Source: Acutalibacteraceae bacterium | Lineage (GTDB): Bacteria > Bacillota > Clostridia > Oscillospirales > Acutalibacteraceae | Assembly (NCBI GenBank): GCA_045592665.1 | Contig: JAZNVE010000148.1 | Coordinates: 1-62,282, forward strand | Direction: 5' to 3' | Length of the DNA: 62,282 bases | Shown here: positions 43,443 through 52,709 of the stretch, one piece after another | Layout of the letters: the number at the start of each line of letters is the position of its first letter | Position numbering within the stretch: the first letter of the stretch is position 1 | The notes under the pieces: generated by a model | The model's input: only the letters and a program-made list of their open reading frames with translations | Databases searched by the model: none | What the model was told of the DNA's origin: nothing | Translations under genes and position numbers: made by a program

Positions 43443-43470
43443 ATTATAATATTTTTACTTTATTTGTCAA
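43443..43470 (-). promoter_or_regulatory. sigma-A promoter of glnA (TTGACA-N16-TATAAT)
   Basis: On the minus strand, TTGACA at 43470-43465 and TATAAT at 43448-43443. Confidence 0.6.
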
Positions 43471-43474
43471 ATTA

Positions 43475-44338
43475 TTATTTTTTATAATTTTCGAATTGTG
43501 AAACCAGATATTTACCCGTTTTTGCCATTAAATTTGCACAATCAGGCAATAAAATATCAGGCTTATCATCCATAAAGCAATCAGCTTCAAAAGTAAGGTC
43601 GCCCTTATAATCAATTTCCCCAAGGGCTTTCATAACCTTTTCCCAATTTATTGAACCAAAATACGGCAATGTATGAGAATCATTTGTACCGTCAACATCG
43701 TGGACGTGTAAGCATTGGAGCCTTTTATTACCTAACGCTTTTATGAAGTTACCAATATCTTCCCTGACTAATGCAGCGTGACCAATATCAAGACAGGCAA
43801 CGAAGCTATCGTTATTAAGCTCGTCAATATATCTTACAAATTCTTCGGGTCTTGAACAGGTTGAATGATTAATCATACCCGTATGCTGCCACATATTTTC
43901 AAGAGCAACTTTTATATTATACTCCTCGCAATAGGGAATGAGTTTTTTATAAAACTCCATATTATATTCAAAAAGCTTCTCGGGATTACCCTCTACGTCA
44001 TATTTAAGATGCTGACAGGGATGAACAATAATATTTTTAACACCCAAATATGATGCTCTTTTTATTGCCGTTACGATTTCATCAAACCTTTTGGCGGTTT
44101 TTTCTTCATCCTCAAAGGATGAACCATACGGTGCGTGGGACTGATTAAAGAAAACACCCTTATCCTCAGCATATTTTCTTATTTCAGTATAATATTCCTT
44201 GCCGTACTCCGCAGTATAAACCTCTTTATCAAACTGTGAAAAATCGAGGGCATCATACCCCGCATCAACTAAGAAATCAATAGCCTTGTGAAAACCGAAT
44301 TTGCGATGAAATCTGCCCGTAGTTGTAGAAATTTTCAT
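43475..44338 (-). CDS. sugar phosphate isomerase/epimerase (xylose isomerase-like TIM barrel)
   Basis: 287 aa. NIIVHP, ALENM and DIGH...HVHD metal-ligand-type motifs. Confidence 0.8.
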   Translation of the reverse strand: MKISTTTGRFHRKFGFHKAIDFLVDAGYDALDFSQFDKEVYTAEYGKEYYTEIRKYAEDKGVFFNQSHAPYGSSFEDEEKTAKRFDEIVTAIKRASYLGVKNIIVHPCQHLKYDVEGNPEKLFEYNMEFYKKLIPYCEEYNIKVALENMWQHTGMINHSTCSRPEEFVRYIDELNNDSFVACLDIGHAALVREDIGNFIKALGNKRLQCLHVHDVDGTNDSHTLPYFGSINWEKVMKALGEIDYKGDLTFEADCFMDDKPDILLPDCANLMAKTGKYLVSQFENYKK

Positions 44339-44439
44339 AATATCACCTTATCAGAATTTGTTGTTTTGCAACGCAAAATATATCGACTGTCTATATGTTC
44401 TATCCGACCGAAGATTAACCGAAAGAGAACTACCCACCA

Positions 44440-44640
44440 CCAAAAGCGGAGCTTTTGGTCCCCCTCCCTATTTGCTAAAGCAAACAGGGATGATAGGACC
44501 TCCCACCACCTGACGGTGGTCCCCCCTCCTCCTTACGCAGGAGGGCGAGGACTCGCTTTTACTTTATCTATAATCGGCACTTAGTGCCCCTTTAATTACG
44601 AATTATGCATTACGAATTACGCATTATAATTCGGCGTTAT
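44440..44640. repeat. structured intergenic element A: hairpin series, AATCGGCAC-N3-GTGCCCC hairpin, 7-nt-period tract
   Basis: Hairpins ccaaaagc/gcttttgg, accacc/ggtggt and cctcct/aggagg. The motif aatcggcacttagtgcccc at 44572-44590. Heptads aattacg aattatg cattacg aattacg cattata at 44594-44628. Confidence 0.5.
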
Positions 44641-44656
44641 CCCCTTAATTTTGCAT

Positions 44657-45433
44657 TTATATAAGCGCCTTACCTTCCCATTCCTTTGCAGGGGGAACTT
44701 CGAGGAGCTTTGCAATTGTTACGGCAACGTCCTTAATGGACACGTCGCCCTCAATCTCCTTGCCCTTTTCAAAAGGTTTACCGCAGAAAAGAATCGGAAT
44801 GGTCATATCCTCGGGCATATCCGAGCCGTGACTTCTGTCGTGACCGCCGTGGTCTGCAAGAAGAATTATTGTATAATCCTCTGAAATACTATTCTGTAAT
44901 TTTTCAACACAGGAAAGAGCCTTGCTTACGCTCTTCATATACTGCTCACTCATCCAACCGCAGTCGTGACCGCCAACCTCGTCAGTTTCGCCTAAATAAA
45001 GGAAAAGGAAATCGGGATTTGATTCGTTTATATATTTAATTGCAGCATCGGTGATTTTAATATCCGTATCGGACTGTTTATGCTGGTTAATACAAAGGGA
45101 AACGTCAAGAGTATCAAACCTGCATAAATCACGGAGTTCTTCCCAAGTGTAGAAGAAAGCACATTTTTTATCGTAATCATCAAATCTGTCGAACATACCC
45201 TTTATGGGTCGTACCTGAGGCACGTAACCGTTTGTTGAAATGCCGTGACGCTCAGGGTCAACACTGTGGAAAAGGGACATATGACAAGGAAGCGTAACGG
45301 AGGGCATTACCGTTCTTGCCTTTAAAGAATATGTACTGTTTTCAACCATTTTTTGTGCAAAGGGGTTACCGCACTGCATCATACCGTCGGGACGCATACC
45401 GTCAACGAGTATAAGAATAACTTTTTCTGACAT
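44657..45433 (-). CDS. alkaline-phosphatase-superfamily phosphodiesterase/nucleotide pyrophosphatase-like enzyme
   Basis: ATG at 45433, 5 nt after AAAGGTGA. ILVDGMRPD and LADHGGHD metal-site motifs. Confidence 0.75.
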   Translation of the reverse strand: MSEKVILILVDGMRPDGMMQCGNPFAQKMVENSTYSLKARTVMPSVTLPCHMSLFHSVDPERHGISTNGYVPQVRPIKGMFDRFDDYDKKCAFFYTWEELRDLCRFDTLDVSLCINQHKQSDTDIKITDAAIKYINESNPDFLFLYLGETDEVGGHDCGWMSEQYMKSVSKALSCVEKLQNSISEDYTIILLADHGGHDRSHGSDMPEDMTIPILFCGKPFEKGKEIEGDVSIKDVAVTIAKLLEVPPAKEWEGKALI

Positions 45434-45451
45434 AAAAATCACCTTTTATTA

Positions 45452-46369
45452 CTATTTTTTTACTATACTTGCAGGAAGTTTATATACCTGCTGACATTTT
45501 TCAGCTTCCGTATTTAAATATTCTACTATAATCTGCGAACCATCCTCAGAAAAATATGCTGAGGAAATATTTTCAACAAAATCCCCAATCGGTTCGTCGA
45601 AATTATCTATTGTATAAACAACCTCACCGCTGAAAATGTCGGAAACCTCAACAACACCCGGGCCCGTGTTACAGGTAAGCGTACCATAACTATCGGTTTG
45701 ACCGTTGTACGTTGGTGAAATTTCACCGGTTCTGTGGTTATAATACACACTCCAACGAGAATAAATTCCTGTACCACCCTGAATCCAGAGACAAATTATA
45801 TCTTCGCTTTCTCTTGTTATGTGAGGAGTACGTGAACTAATCTCACAAACTAATACGTTTCGCTCCCTATCGTACACCGCATATTCATACCGTTGAGTAA
45901 CCGGAGTAGTACCTTTTTTATAATACAAATCCGTTTCCGAAAGTATCGGCTCAAGATACTCTTTAATTTTTTCAAAAATATCCTCACCGATGAAAAACTC
46001 TTTATCAAAATAATCGCCTACATATAGCGCCATAACATCGTTTGTGTAAAAATTTATCCTTATACGTTCCCAATCAGATGTTAAAAAACTGACATAAATA
46101 TATTCATCTGTTATTTGTGGTTCATTTACAGATTTTATTTCAAACTCATTTAAAAACTCAGAAAAATCTTTTACGTATGGTTTATATTTATTGTTGAAAT
46201 TATATTCTCTATTACCATAGTTTATAGTAAGCAGGGTGTTCCTTGAATCAAAAGTAAAGTTTTGTCCCGAAACCACCTGTTTGAATGTGGTTTTGTTTTC
46301 GCTATTACCACAGCCGCACATACAAAAAATTAAAACTGCAACGAGCATAAGATTAATTTTTCTGAGCAT
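45452..46369 (-). CDS. lipoprotein of unknown function
   Basis: RBS AGGTGA. Signal peptide plus lipobox (IFCMCGC). Confidence 0.7.
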   Translation of the reverse strand: MLRKINLMLVAVLIFCMCGCGNSENKTTFKQVVSGQNFTFDSRNTLLTINYGNREYNFNNKYKPYVKDFSEFLNEFEIKSVNEPQITDEYIYVSFLTSDWERIRINFYTNDVMALYVGDYFDKEFFIGEDIFEKIKEYLEPILSETDLYYKKGTTPVTQRYEYAVYDRERNVLVCEISSRTPHITRESEDIICLWIQGGTGIYSRWSVYYNHRTGEISPTYNGQTDSYGTLTCNTGPGVVEVSDIFSGEVVYTIDNFDEPIGDFVENISSAYFSEDGSQIIVEYLNTEAEKCQQVYKLPASIVKK

Positions 46370-46402
46370 AAAATCACCTGCAAATTACTAACATATTTTA
46401 TT

Positions 46403-46431
46403 AAAAAAAGACCCCTAACAACGTTAGGGGA
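46403..46431 (-). terminator. intrinsic terminator
   Basis: Stem cccctaac/gttagggg (46412-46430), followed by a T-run on the minus strand. Confidence 0.7.
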
Positions 46432-46439
46432 GATTTTTA

Positions 46440-46685
46440 TTATTCTTTCGGGATACCGTCTAATAATGTATCCTTCTGTGCAGCATACTCTTCGTCCGTC
46501 ATCTTTATAATCTTAATACCAAGCATGATACCTTTAATAAAGTTGATGATACCGATGATACCGCAAGTAACGAAATTTAATACGATTCTCAAAATACCGG
46601 CTTTTACCTTACCAAGAATAAAGCAAGGAACACCAATATTGTTAAAGAGAATTGTTAAAACTCCGAATAAAACTCTGTTATCCAT
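46440..46685 (-). CDS. small two-TM membrane protein
   Basis: RBS AAAGGAGG. 81 aa with two hydrophobic helices. Confidence 0.65.
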   Translation of the reverse strand: MDNRVLFGVLTILFNNIGVPCFILGKVKAGILRIVLNFVTCGIIGIINFIKGIMLGIKIIKMTDEEYAAQKDTLLDGIPKE

Positions 46686-46793
46686 TGTATAACCTCCTTT
46701 GTTTTATGGTAAATCTATCGTAGCACTTATCACAAAAAAAGTCAATACTTTTCATTTATCGACAAAATAAATATTTGTTAATTTTATACAAAT

Positions 46794-47369
46794 CTACTTC
46801 TTTATTCCCGATACCTGATACATTTCACTATCCGAGATTATTGTGTCAATATGGAAAAATGATTCGAAGATTTTTGCAAGTTCATTTGCTTCGGAAAGCT
46901 CAAGAGAAACCTCACTTGCCCTTTCGTTATGAAGCTTTAATAAATCCTCCCGGCTCATTCCGTGGGCAACCGATAACCTGCCACCCTTACGCAGAAAAGT
47001 TGATAATTTTTCAATTACTCTTTGGGGATGGGGAAAATGAGGAAACGCGTTGTAGACCATTACCACTTCGAATTTCTCCGTGAAGTTGAGGTTTTCTACG
47101 TCTTCGCATATAACTTCAATTTCGGGAAAATTCTTTTTTGCGATTTTCACCATTTCGGGGGAAATATCCACACCCGTAACAACTGCACCCCGATTTATAT
47201 AATCGGGAAATAAAACCCCTGTTCCACAAGCTACGTCAAGAACACGAGTATTTTCTTTCACTTGAGAGTTATCTAAAATAGTATTTATAACTCTTTCATT
47301 ACGGATAGTTTCCGCATCCCAATTCTTAGCACACCCATCAAAAAAAGAAATTATTTTTTCTCGGTCCAT
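46794..47369 (-). CDS. class I SAM-dependent methyltransferase
   Basis: VLDVACGTGVL motif I. RBS GAAGGAGAG. The start directly follows the upstream stop. Confidence 0.85.
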   Translation of the reverse strand: MDREKIISFFDGCAKNWDAETIRNERVINTILDNSQVKENTRVLDVACGTGVLFPDYINRGAVVTGVDISPEMVKIAKKNFPEIEVICEDVENLNFTEKFEVVMVYNAFPHFPHPQRVIEKLSTFLRKGGRLSVAHGMSREDLLKLHNERASEVSLELSEANELAKIFESFFHIDTIISDSEMYQVSGIKK

Positions 47370-48071
47370 TTAATTGCTCTCCTTCTTTGATGAGGTACTG
47401 AAATGAAGCTCCTTCATACCCTCAACCTCATCACATATGGGTTTTAGTTTACAGGTATCGCAATCAAAGTTCACACTATTCATTATATGATTAAGGGTTT
47501 CGGTAATATCGTTGTTTTTATGTGCAATTTCCTCGAAACTTTTAAAATCAACGGTTGGCTCAGTAATAAAGATAACCTTTACCCCTTTAACCGCTTTATT
47601 TTCCTTATATTTTTTAATAAGTAAATTGCCGATTTTTTTAAAGTCTATACCGTTTTTAACTGCACTCTTTGAAACACGCACCGCCTCCTTGTGGGAGCGT
47701 GACGCAGTTCTTATCATATATCCTTCGGGAAAGACGTGGTACTTTGTATATTCCACTTTTCGTATAAGGTTATATGTTTTTTGCGTATCCTCCGTATCCT
47801 CTAACTCGATAATACAAATTCTCGCAAATCTGCTGTTGCCGTTACTATCGGGTATGTCTTTACCTACAACAATAATTTCTTCATCCGTGGGCTCGTTGGT
47901 AATAAGATTAAAACCCACTCCCTCAAACTCAACGGCAGTATCCCTTTGTAAAATAACCTCATTATAACCTACGTCATTCCAAAGATTATTTTCATCATAG
48001 GTGAAGCTTTGTTGAGGAAGTGATTTAATTAACCCCAAAGATTCTGAAATCAACGAATCGAAAAAGTTCAT
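47370..48071 (-). CDS. hypothetical protein with a C-terminal CxxCx5C motif
   Basis: 233 aa, tightly packed in the operon. FDCDTCKLKPICDEVEG near the C-terminus. Family not identified with confidence. Confidence 0.65.
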   Translation of the reverse strand: MNFFDSLISESLGLIKSLPQQSFTYDENNLWNDVGYNEVILQRDTAVEFEGVGFNLITNEPTDEEIIVVGKDIPDSNGNSRFARICIIELEDTEDTQKTYNLIRKVEYTKYHVFPEGYMIRTASRSHKEAVRVSKSAVKNGIDFKKIGNLLIKKYKENKAVKGVKVIFITEPTVDFKSFEEIAHKNNDITETLNHIMNSVNFDCDTCKLKPICDEVEGMKELHFSTSSKKESN

Positions 48072-48229
48072 TACAGTTTTTTATCCCTTTTCATATTATC
48101 ATAGTGTTTCTGGAGTTTATCGTAAATGAAACGAACGAGTTTCATATCAAGGTTAAACCAATAGATAATGAAAGTAACTGCAAAAAAGCTCATTAAAACT
48201 GCTAAAACGATTAAGAAAATATATAACAT
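48071..48229 (-). CDS. 52-aa hydrophobic small protein (not in the ORF track)
   Basis: Hand translation gives MLYIFLIVLAVLMSFFAVTFIIYWFNLDMKLVRFIYDKLQKHYDNMKRDKKL. It exactly fills the gap between 48231..49034 and 47370..48071, and its stop overlaps the next ATG (TAATG). Confidence 0.45.
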   Translation of the reverse strand: MLYIFLIVLAVLMSFFAVTFIIYWFNLDMKLVRFIYDKLQKHYDNMKRDKKL

Positions 48230-48230
48230 C

Positions 48231-49034
48231 TTAGTTCATCTCCTTAGCAAGACCCTTTTGACGGGCATATTCTGCCGCACCTAAAGCACCCATAAGCTGG
48301 GGGTCAGTTGAAAGTTCAACAACCTTAATTTTCAAAACCTTTTCAATGGCTTTTTTAAGTCCCTCGTTTTTAGCACAACCGCCCGTAAGGGTTATACTGT
48401 CCGTAGCACCCGCTTTTTTAGCCATAACAAAGCATCTCTTTGCAACTGCAAGTTGGATACCCGCGGCAATTTCATCCATGGGTTTACCCTCACCCACCAA
48501 TGATATAACTTCACTTTCTGCAAAAACGGTACACTGTGCAGTAATGGGGATAGTATTTTTAGCATTAAGAGAAAGTTTTGAGAATTCGGGAAGGCTCATT
48601 TCAAAAGCGTTTGCCATTGCTTCATAAAATCTACCTGTACCTGCGGCACATTTGTCGTTCATTGCGAAGTTTTTAACTGTACCGTCGGTGTCAATTGAAA
48701 TACCTTTAACGTCCTGTCCGCCGATATCTATAATTGCCTTAACCTCGGGGTTTGTTACGTGAACACCCATTGCGTGGCAACTGATTTCGGAAATGTTTTC
48801 ATCCGCAAAGGGAACTTTATTTCGTCCGTAACCCGTACCGATAAGATACGAAAGACCCTGAGCCGATTCAAGACCGTCCACCTGAGAAATAGCATCATTC
48901 AAAGCAATTTCTGCACTTGCTACGGGATTTATTTTACTTCTGTTAGTTACATTGGCAACCATTTTGCCGTTTTCATCAAGAATAACGCATTTTGTATATG
49001 TAGAGCCTACATCACATCCGCCAAAATATTTCAT
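48231..49034 (-). CDS. BcrAD/BadFG-type ATPase (2-hydroxyacyl-CoA dehydratase activase-like)
   Basis: GCDVGSTYTKCVILDENG, IGGQDVKGI and CAAGTGRF motifs. Confidence 0.9.
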   Translation of the reverse strand: MKYFGGCDVGSTYTKCVILDENGKMVANVTNRSKINPVASAEIALNDAISQVDGLESAQGLSYLIGTGYGRNKVPFADENISEISCHAMGVHVTNPEVKAIIDIGGQDVKGISIDTDGTVKNFAMNDKCAAGTGRFYEAMANAFEMSLPEFSKLSLNAKNTIPITAQCTVFAESEVISLVGEGKPMDEIAAGIQLAVAKRCFVMAKKAGATDSITLTGGCAKNEGLKKAIEKVLKIKVVELSTDPQLMGALGAAEYARQKGLAKEMN

Positions 49035-49053
49035 TTTTTAAATCTCCTTTCAC

Positions 49054-50583
49054 TTACCAAGCCATATCGTCCTCGAAATCTACCAGTGACGCATCAAGTG
49101 GCTCTTCCTGAAGAACTGTCTGCATATATTTGCTAACCTGCTCACGCATATCGCGTCTTGAAATGGTACGCGGGTCCATAAGGTCCTGTTTAACCCAGAT
49201 GAAGTTAATATTGCGTTCTCTCGCCTGGTCATCAAATATACCCGTAAGACCGTCCATACCCTTACAGGAAATCTGGTCGTACATAATAACGGTATCTGCG
49301 TTATATTCTTCTACAATTCGCCAGAGTTCATCAACAACATTACGATAACCGCCCTTTGTATGCTTACGCATAATTGAACGTTGGTATGTTTTCGCAAGGT
49401 CTTTTAATGCTTCTTCTTTATCCTCGGTGTTGAATTTCTGATATGAAATCATTGTTTCCATATCCATAACAACGTTCATACCCCAACAGTTTTCAAGCCA
49501 GTTTGCAAAACTTGTATAGTAGTTTGCGGGGCAGGACCACACCACAGTACGGTGACGCATTTCTTTAGATACAGGGGTTTTCTTTTCGTAGGCTTTCATC
49601 ATAATTTTATTTACTTTTTTATCCACCTTCAAAAAGCGTTTATCAACGCCACCCGAAAGGTTGAAATAATAAATTCTGTAAAGCCAGAAAGCCGCACCCG
49701 TCATCTGAGGATAGGGCGTTTTATTTACATCCCATTTCTGAAGTTCGTATTCAGTCTGTTGGTTAAAATTCTTCATAGCGGCGAAGAATGCATCCCAATC
49801 GAATTTCTCGCCGGTCTGTTTCTCAATAAAGACAATAAGTGACTTAATCTCGTCAACTGCATACTCCTGAACATCCTCCCCATTATAACGAAGGGGAACA
49901 TTGAAACAATGCACGGGAAGTTGAAGTCGTCTGTCGAGGAAGGTGGAGTTCATAACCGAGCCGTCGCAGGGCATATTGGTTGCAATCATACAACAACCCA
50001 TTTTGGGGTAATCGTCTTCAATTGCAACACCTGCTTCGGCACTGGGGAGAGGACAAACGTCCGCAGGAACACCGAAACTTTCCGTTACTTCAAGGTAGGG
50101 CGGTGTAATCTGTTGGTCAACCATTGACGACAGGAAAATCGGAATAGTCTGCAAGGGTACAACCTTTAAATTAGGGAAGCCCTGAAAAACTTCGTTAGGG
50201 ATAATTTCATCCGTAAGGACTATCTTTTTAGAAATTTTATTGTTGGGATTAATCTTTTCATCCGCAACAAAGGATATATTTATAAGGTCGGTACAATGCT
50301 TAACTATCATATTATAGTGAAGATGTGCCATACGCAACTGAGGTCCGCGAAGACCTGCAACGTGACGGTCAACAAAGGACGGAGCAGAAAGATATGACGC
50401 CATCCAACGGTATTTCCAAAGACCTTTCAATGTAGAAATCGGTGCTTTAAGAACCATTTTTATCATATCTTTCCAGGTGATAAGCCATCTGTAATAGTCA
50501 TACATAGTATCCTTAAAGCCACGCCATTCTCTGTGCTTAAGCACAGCGGTATGGTCTTTGTAAAGTTTACCTAAATCAGCCAT
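49054..50583 (-). CDS. 2-hydroxyacyl-CoA dehydratase/benzoyl-CoA reductase family subunit
   Basis: ATG at 50583 after GAGGGAGG, with an 8-nt overlap on the upstream gene. The track start at 50721 would overlap that gene by 146 nt. Confidence 0.8.
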   Translation of the reverse strand: MADLGKLYKDHTAVLKHREWRGFKDTMYDYYRWLITWKDMIKMVLKAPISTLKGLWKYRWMASYLSAPSFVDRHVAGLRGPQLRMAHLHYNMIVKHCTDLINISFVADEKINPNNKISKKIVLTDEIIPNEVFQGFPNLKVVPLQTIPIFLSSMVDQQITPPYLEVTESFGVPADVCPLPSAEAGVAIEDDYPKMGCCMIATNMPCDGSVMNSTFLDRRLQLPVHCFNVPLRYNGEDVQEYAVDEIKSLIVFIEKQTGEKFDWDAFFAAMKNFNQQTEYELQKWDVNKTPYPQMTGAAFWLYRIYYFNLSGGVDKRFLKVDKKVNKIMMKAYEKKTPVSKEMRHRTVVWSCPANYYTSFANWLENCWGMNVVMDMETMISYQKFNTEDKEEALKDLAKTYQRSIMRKHTKGGYRNVVDELWRIVEEYNADTVIMYDQISCKGMDGLTGIFDDQARERNINFIWVKQDLMDPRTISRRDMREQVSKYMQTVLQEEPLDASLVDFEDDMAW

Positions 50584-51781
50584 TCTTCTTCGCCTCCCTC
50601 TCTTTTGCAATTTTCTTAATTTCAAGGCTTTCAACAAAAGCCTGTACACGTGTGCGTAACTGACCCGAAGCGGACGCAGTATACTGACGGTCAACCGCCG
50701 CGGTGGGTATGCCGTAATCATTTGTCATTACGTAGGATGCAAGGGCTCTTTCGTAGCCCCAGTATTCACAGAATTTTATCTGTTCGTACATAACACCGTC
50801 CGCATTATATTCCTTAACAAGATTCTGGATATAATCCCTACGCTCCTGAACCTTCCGGTGGCTCATAAATCGTGGACACTGACTTGTTTTAAGGTAATGT
50901 CGGCAAATCTGAGTCAAAACATCCTCGCTGTCATTTATAATTATTTCTTCACGACCGGGCATTGAGCCGAAACAATATCTGTCCGCCACAACGAGAGCCC
51001 CGCTGTCCTCTATAAGTGCGGTGAAATCCGGATCATCCATTTCCGAGCCTACAACAACTATTTTTGCTCTGTAATTTTTCTTTGCATCGGGCTCCCTTGT
51101 TTTAAGCTCCTCTGCAGTTTCACGTAATTTAGGTAATATCAGGCTCTTGGGGCAACAATATGTAATGAGATTAAGTATATGATACTCGTAACCCGTAATA
51201 CGCGGATTGTCTTCCTTTCGGTAATTACCGATTTCCGTCATAAGTCGGCAGACCTCGTTATGTTCCTCAACCGCTTTAAGAAGTGCTTCGTCAGAGGTAT
51301 CAACCCCATACACATCACGCATCATATCAAGAATTTTAAGCTTTGTCTGATTAACGTAATGTTTAACGGTATGCTCCTCAATTTTAAAGGGTGCATCAAG
51401 AAATGTAACAAAAAACTTATCATTGGGAACCAAATCAAGAAGCTCAAAATGTTCAAGTGCCCTGTTCATTTCGGAGCAGGTTTCGGATGCTAAAACAGCA
51501 TTCAAAAAGTTATAACCACCCTCAATGGCACGTTCCAATATAGCCTTGGAATAACCGCACAGGAAGTTACTCATATAATAAGTAGCAATATCCATTGAAC
51601 CCGTCCTCGGGGCGCGAAGTCTTACGGAAAAACAGTTTCCGCAATTCAATAATACCTCGGGGATATGGTAACAGGTATAGCCTAAAGCAATGCCACCCTC
51701 ATCCTTCGCTTTTTTTACAAGTTCATTATTTGCTTCCTGAAGAAGATTTTCGAACTCATAAAGATGTTTTAAATCTTTCAT
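50576..51781 (-). CDS. 2-hydroxyacyl-CoA dehydratase family subunit
   Basis: 401 aa. Conserved Cys-containing blocks (CYHIPE, CSEMN, CRHYLK..CPRF), pairing with the adjacent subunit and activase. Confidence 0.8.
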   Translation of the reverse strand: MKDLKHLYEFENLLQEANNELVKKAKDEGGIALGYTCYHIPEVLLNCGNCFSVRLRAPRTGSMDIATYYMSNFLCGYSKAILERAIEGGYNFLNAVLASETCSEMNRALEHFELLDLVPNDKFFVTFLDAPFKIEEHTVKHYVNQTKLKILDMMRDVYGVDTSDEALLKAVEEHNEVCRLMTEIGNYRKEDNPRITGYEYHILNLITYCCPKSLILPKLRETAEELKTREPDAKKNYRAKIVVVGSEMDDPDFTALIEDSGALVVADRYCFGSMPGREEIIINDSEDVLTQICRHYLKTSQCPRFMSHRKVQERRDYIQNLVKEYNADGVMYEQIKFCEYWGYERALASYVMTNDYGIPTAAVDRQYTASASGQLRTRVQAFVESLEIKKIAKEREAKKNG

Positions 51782-51787
51782 TTTTTA

Positions 51788-52555
51788 TCACCCTAAAATA
51801 CCTATTTCTTTAAGTGCTTTTCTTGCACCCTCCACAACGTTTGAATCCTCGGGAAGGTGAATTATATTTTTACCCTCAATATCATATATAGCAAGATTAC
51901 TGTCGTTAGTTATATATGACAAAACGGGAATTCCGTTTGTATTTACGTGACTTAACACGCTTTCATCGGGAAGTCTGTTGATAATAGCACCAATTTTTTT
52001 GTACATAACGAGTTCATCCGCAACATCTTTTATAGTTGAGATAACCTGTGTACCTTTTTTGGAGGCGTCGGTAATCAGAAGAAGATGGGTTACTTTTTCC
52101 ATTACCCTTCTGTTAATCTGCTCAATACCCGCTTCACCGTCAATTACCACATAATCAAAATCCTGTGAAAGAATGCTGATAACCTCCTTCAAATAGGAAT
52201 TTATTTTACAGTAACATCCCGCACTTTCGGGTCTGCCCACGGCAATAAATGCGAAACCGTCCGTTTCAACGAGGGCATCAAAAATTTTGTACCTCGCATC
52301 TCCCAGAAGCTCAATTGCCGCTTTTGTCTGACCGTCTTCTACGGTTTCAACTATTTCTTTACGTATATCGTCAATGGTTATTTTAACATCCACACCTAAG
52401 GCGGTTGAAAGTCCTACCGCAGGGTCTGCATCAATGGCAAGTATTTTTTTATCGGGGAAATTCTCAACCAATAATTTTACAATTGCCGCGGAAATAGAGG
52501 TTTTACCTACTCCGCCCTTGCCTGAGAGGGCTATAATTGCTTTATTTTTATCCAT
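51788..52555 (-). CDS. CooC/MinD-like P-loop ATPase
   Basis: IALSGKGGVGKTS deviant Walker A; DYVVIDGEAG. The start is ambiguous: 52555, 52567 or 52585. Confidence 0.75.
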   Translation of the reverse strand: MDKNKAIIALSGKGGVGKTSISAAIVKLLVENFPDKKILAIDADPAVGLSTALGVDVKITIDDIRKEIVETVEDGQTKAAIELLGDARYKIFDALVETDGFAFIAVGRPESAGCYCKINSYLKEVISILSQDFDYVVIDGEAGIEQINRRVMEKVTHLLLITDASKKGTQVISTIKDVADELVMYKKIGAIINRLPDESVLSHVNTNGIPVLSYITNDSNLAIYDIEGKNIIHLPEDSNVVEGARKALKEIGILG

Positions 52556-52650
52556 TGTAACACCCATCCTGTTTAATGATTTCAATTTATATCAATAAAA
52601 ACATGATATCACAGCAACCCGTAAAACTCAACAATTTTTCATATTGATTT

Positions 52651-52692
52651 AATAAAAATAAAAGTCACACAATTCCGAAAAACCGTGTGACT
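52651..52692 (-). terminator. intrinsic terminator
   Basis: Stem agtcacac (52663-52670) / gtgtgact (52685-52692), followed by a T-rich run on the minus strand. Confidence 0.6.
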
Positions 52693-52709
52693 TTTAACTG
52701 TTTGTAAAT

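Noticed and set aside
47512-47967. 151-aa plus-strand ORF.
   Set aside because: It is antisense to the tightly operon-packed 47370..48071 gene. No RBS or promoter context.
50584-50721. N-terminal 46-aa extension of the dehydratase subunit ORF (track start at 50721).
   Set aside because: It would overlap the upstream gene by 146 nt. The ATG at 50583 has a strong GAGGGAGG RBS and gives a typical 8-nt overlap.
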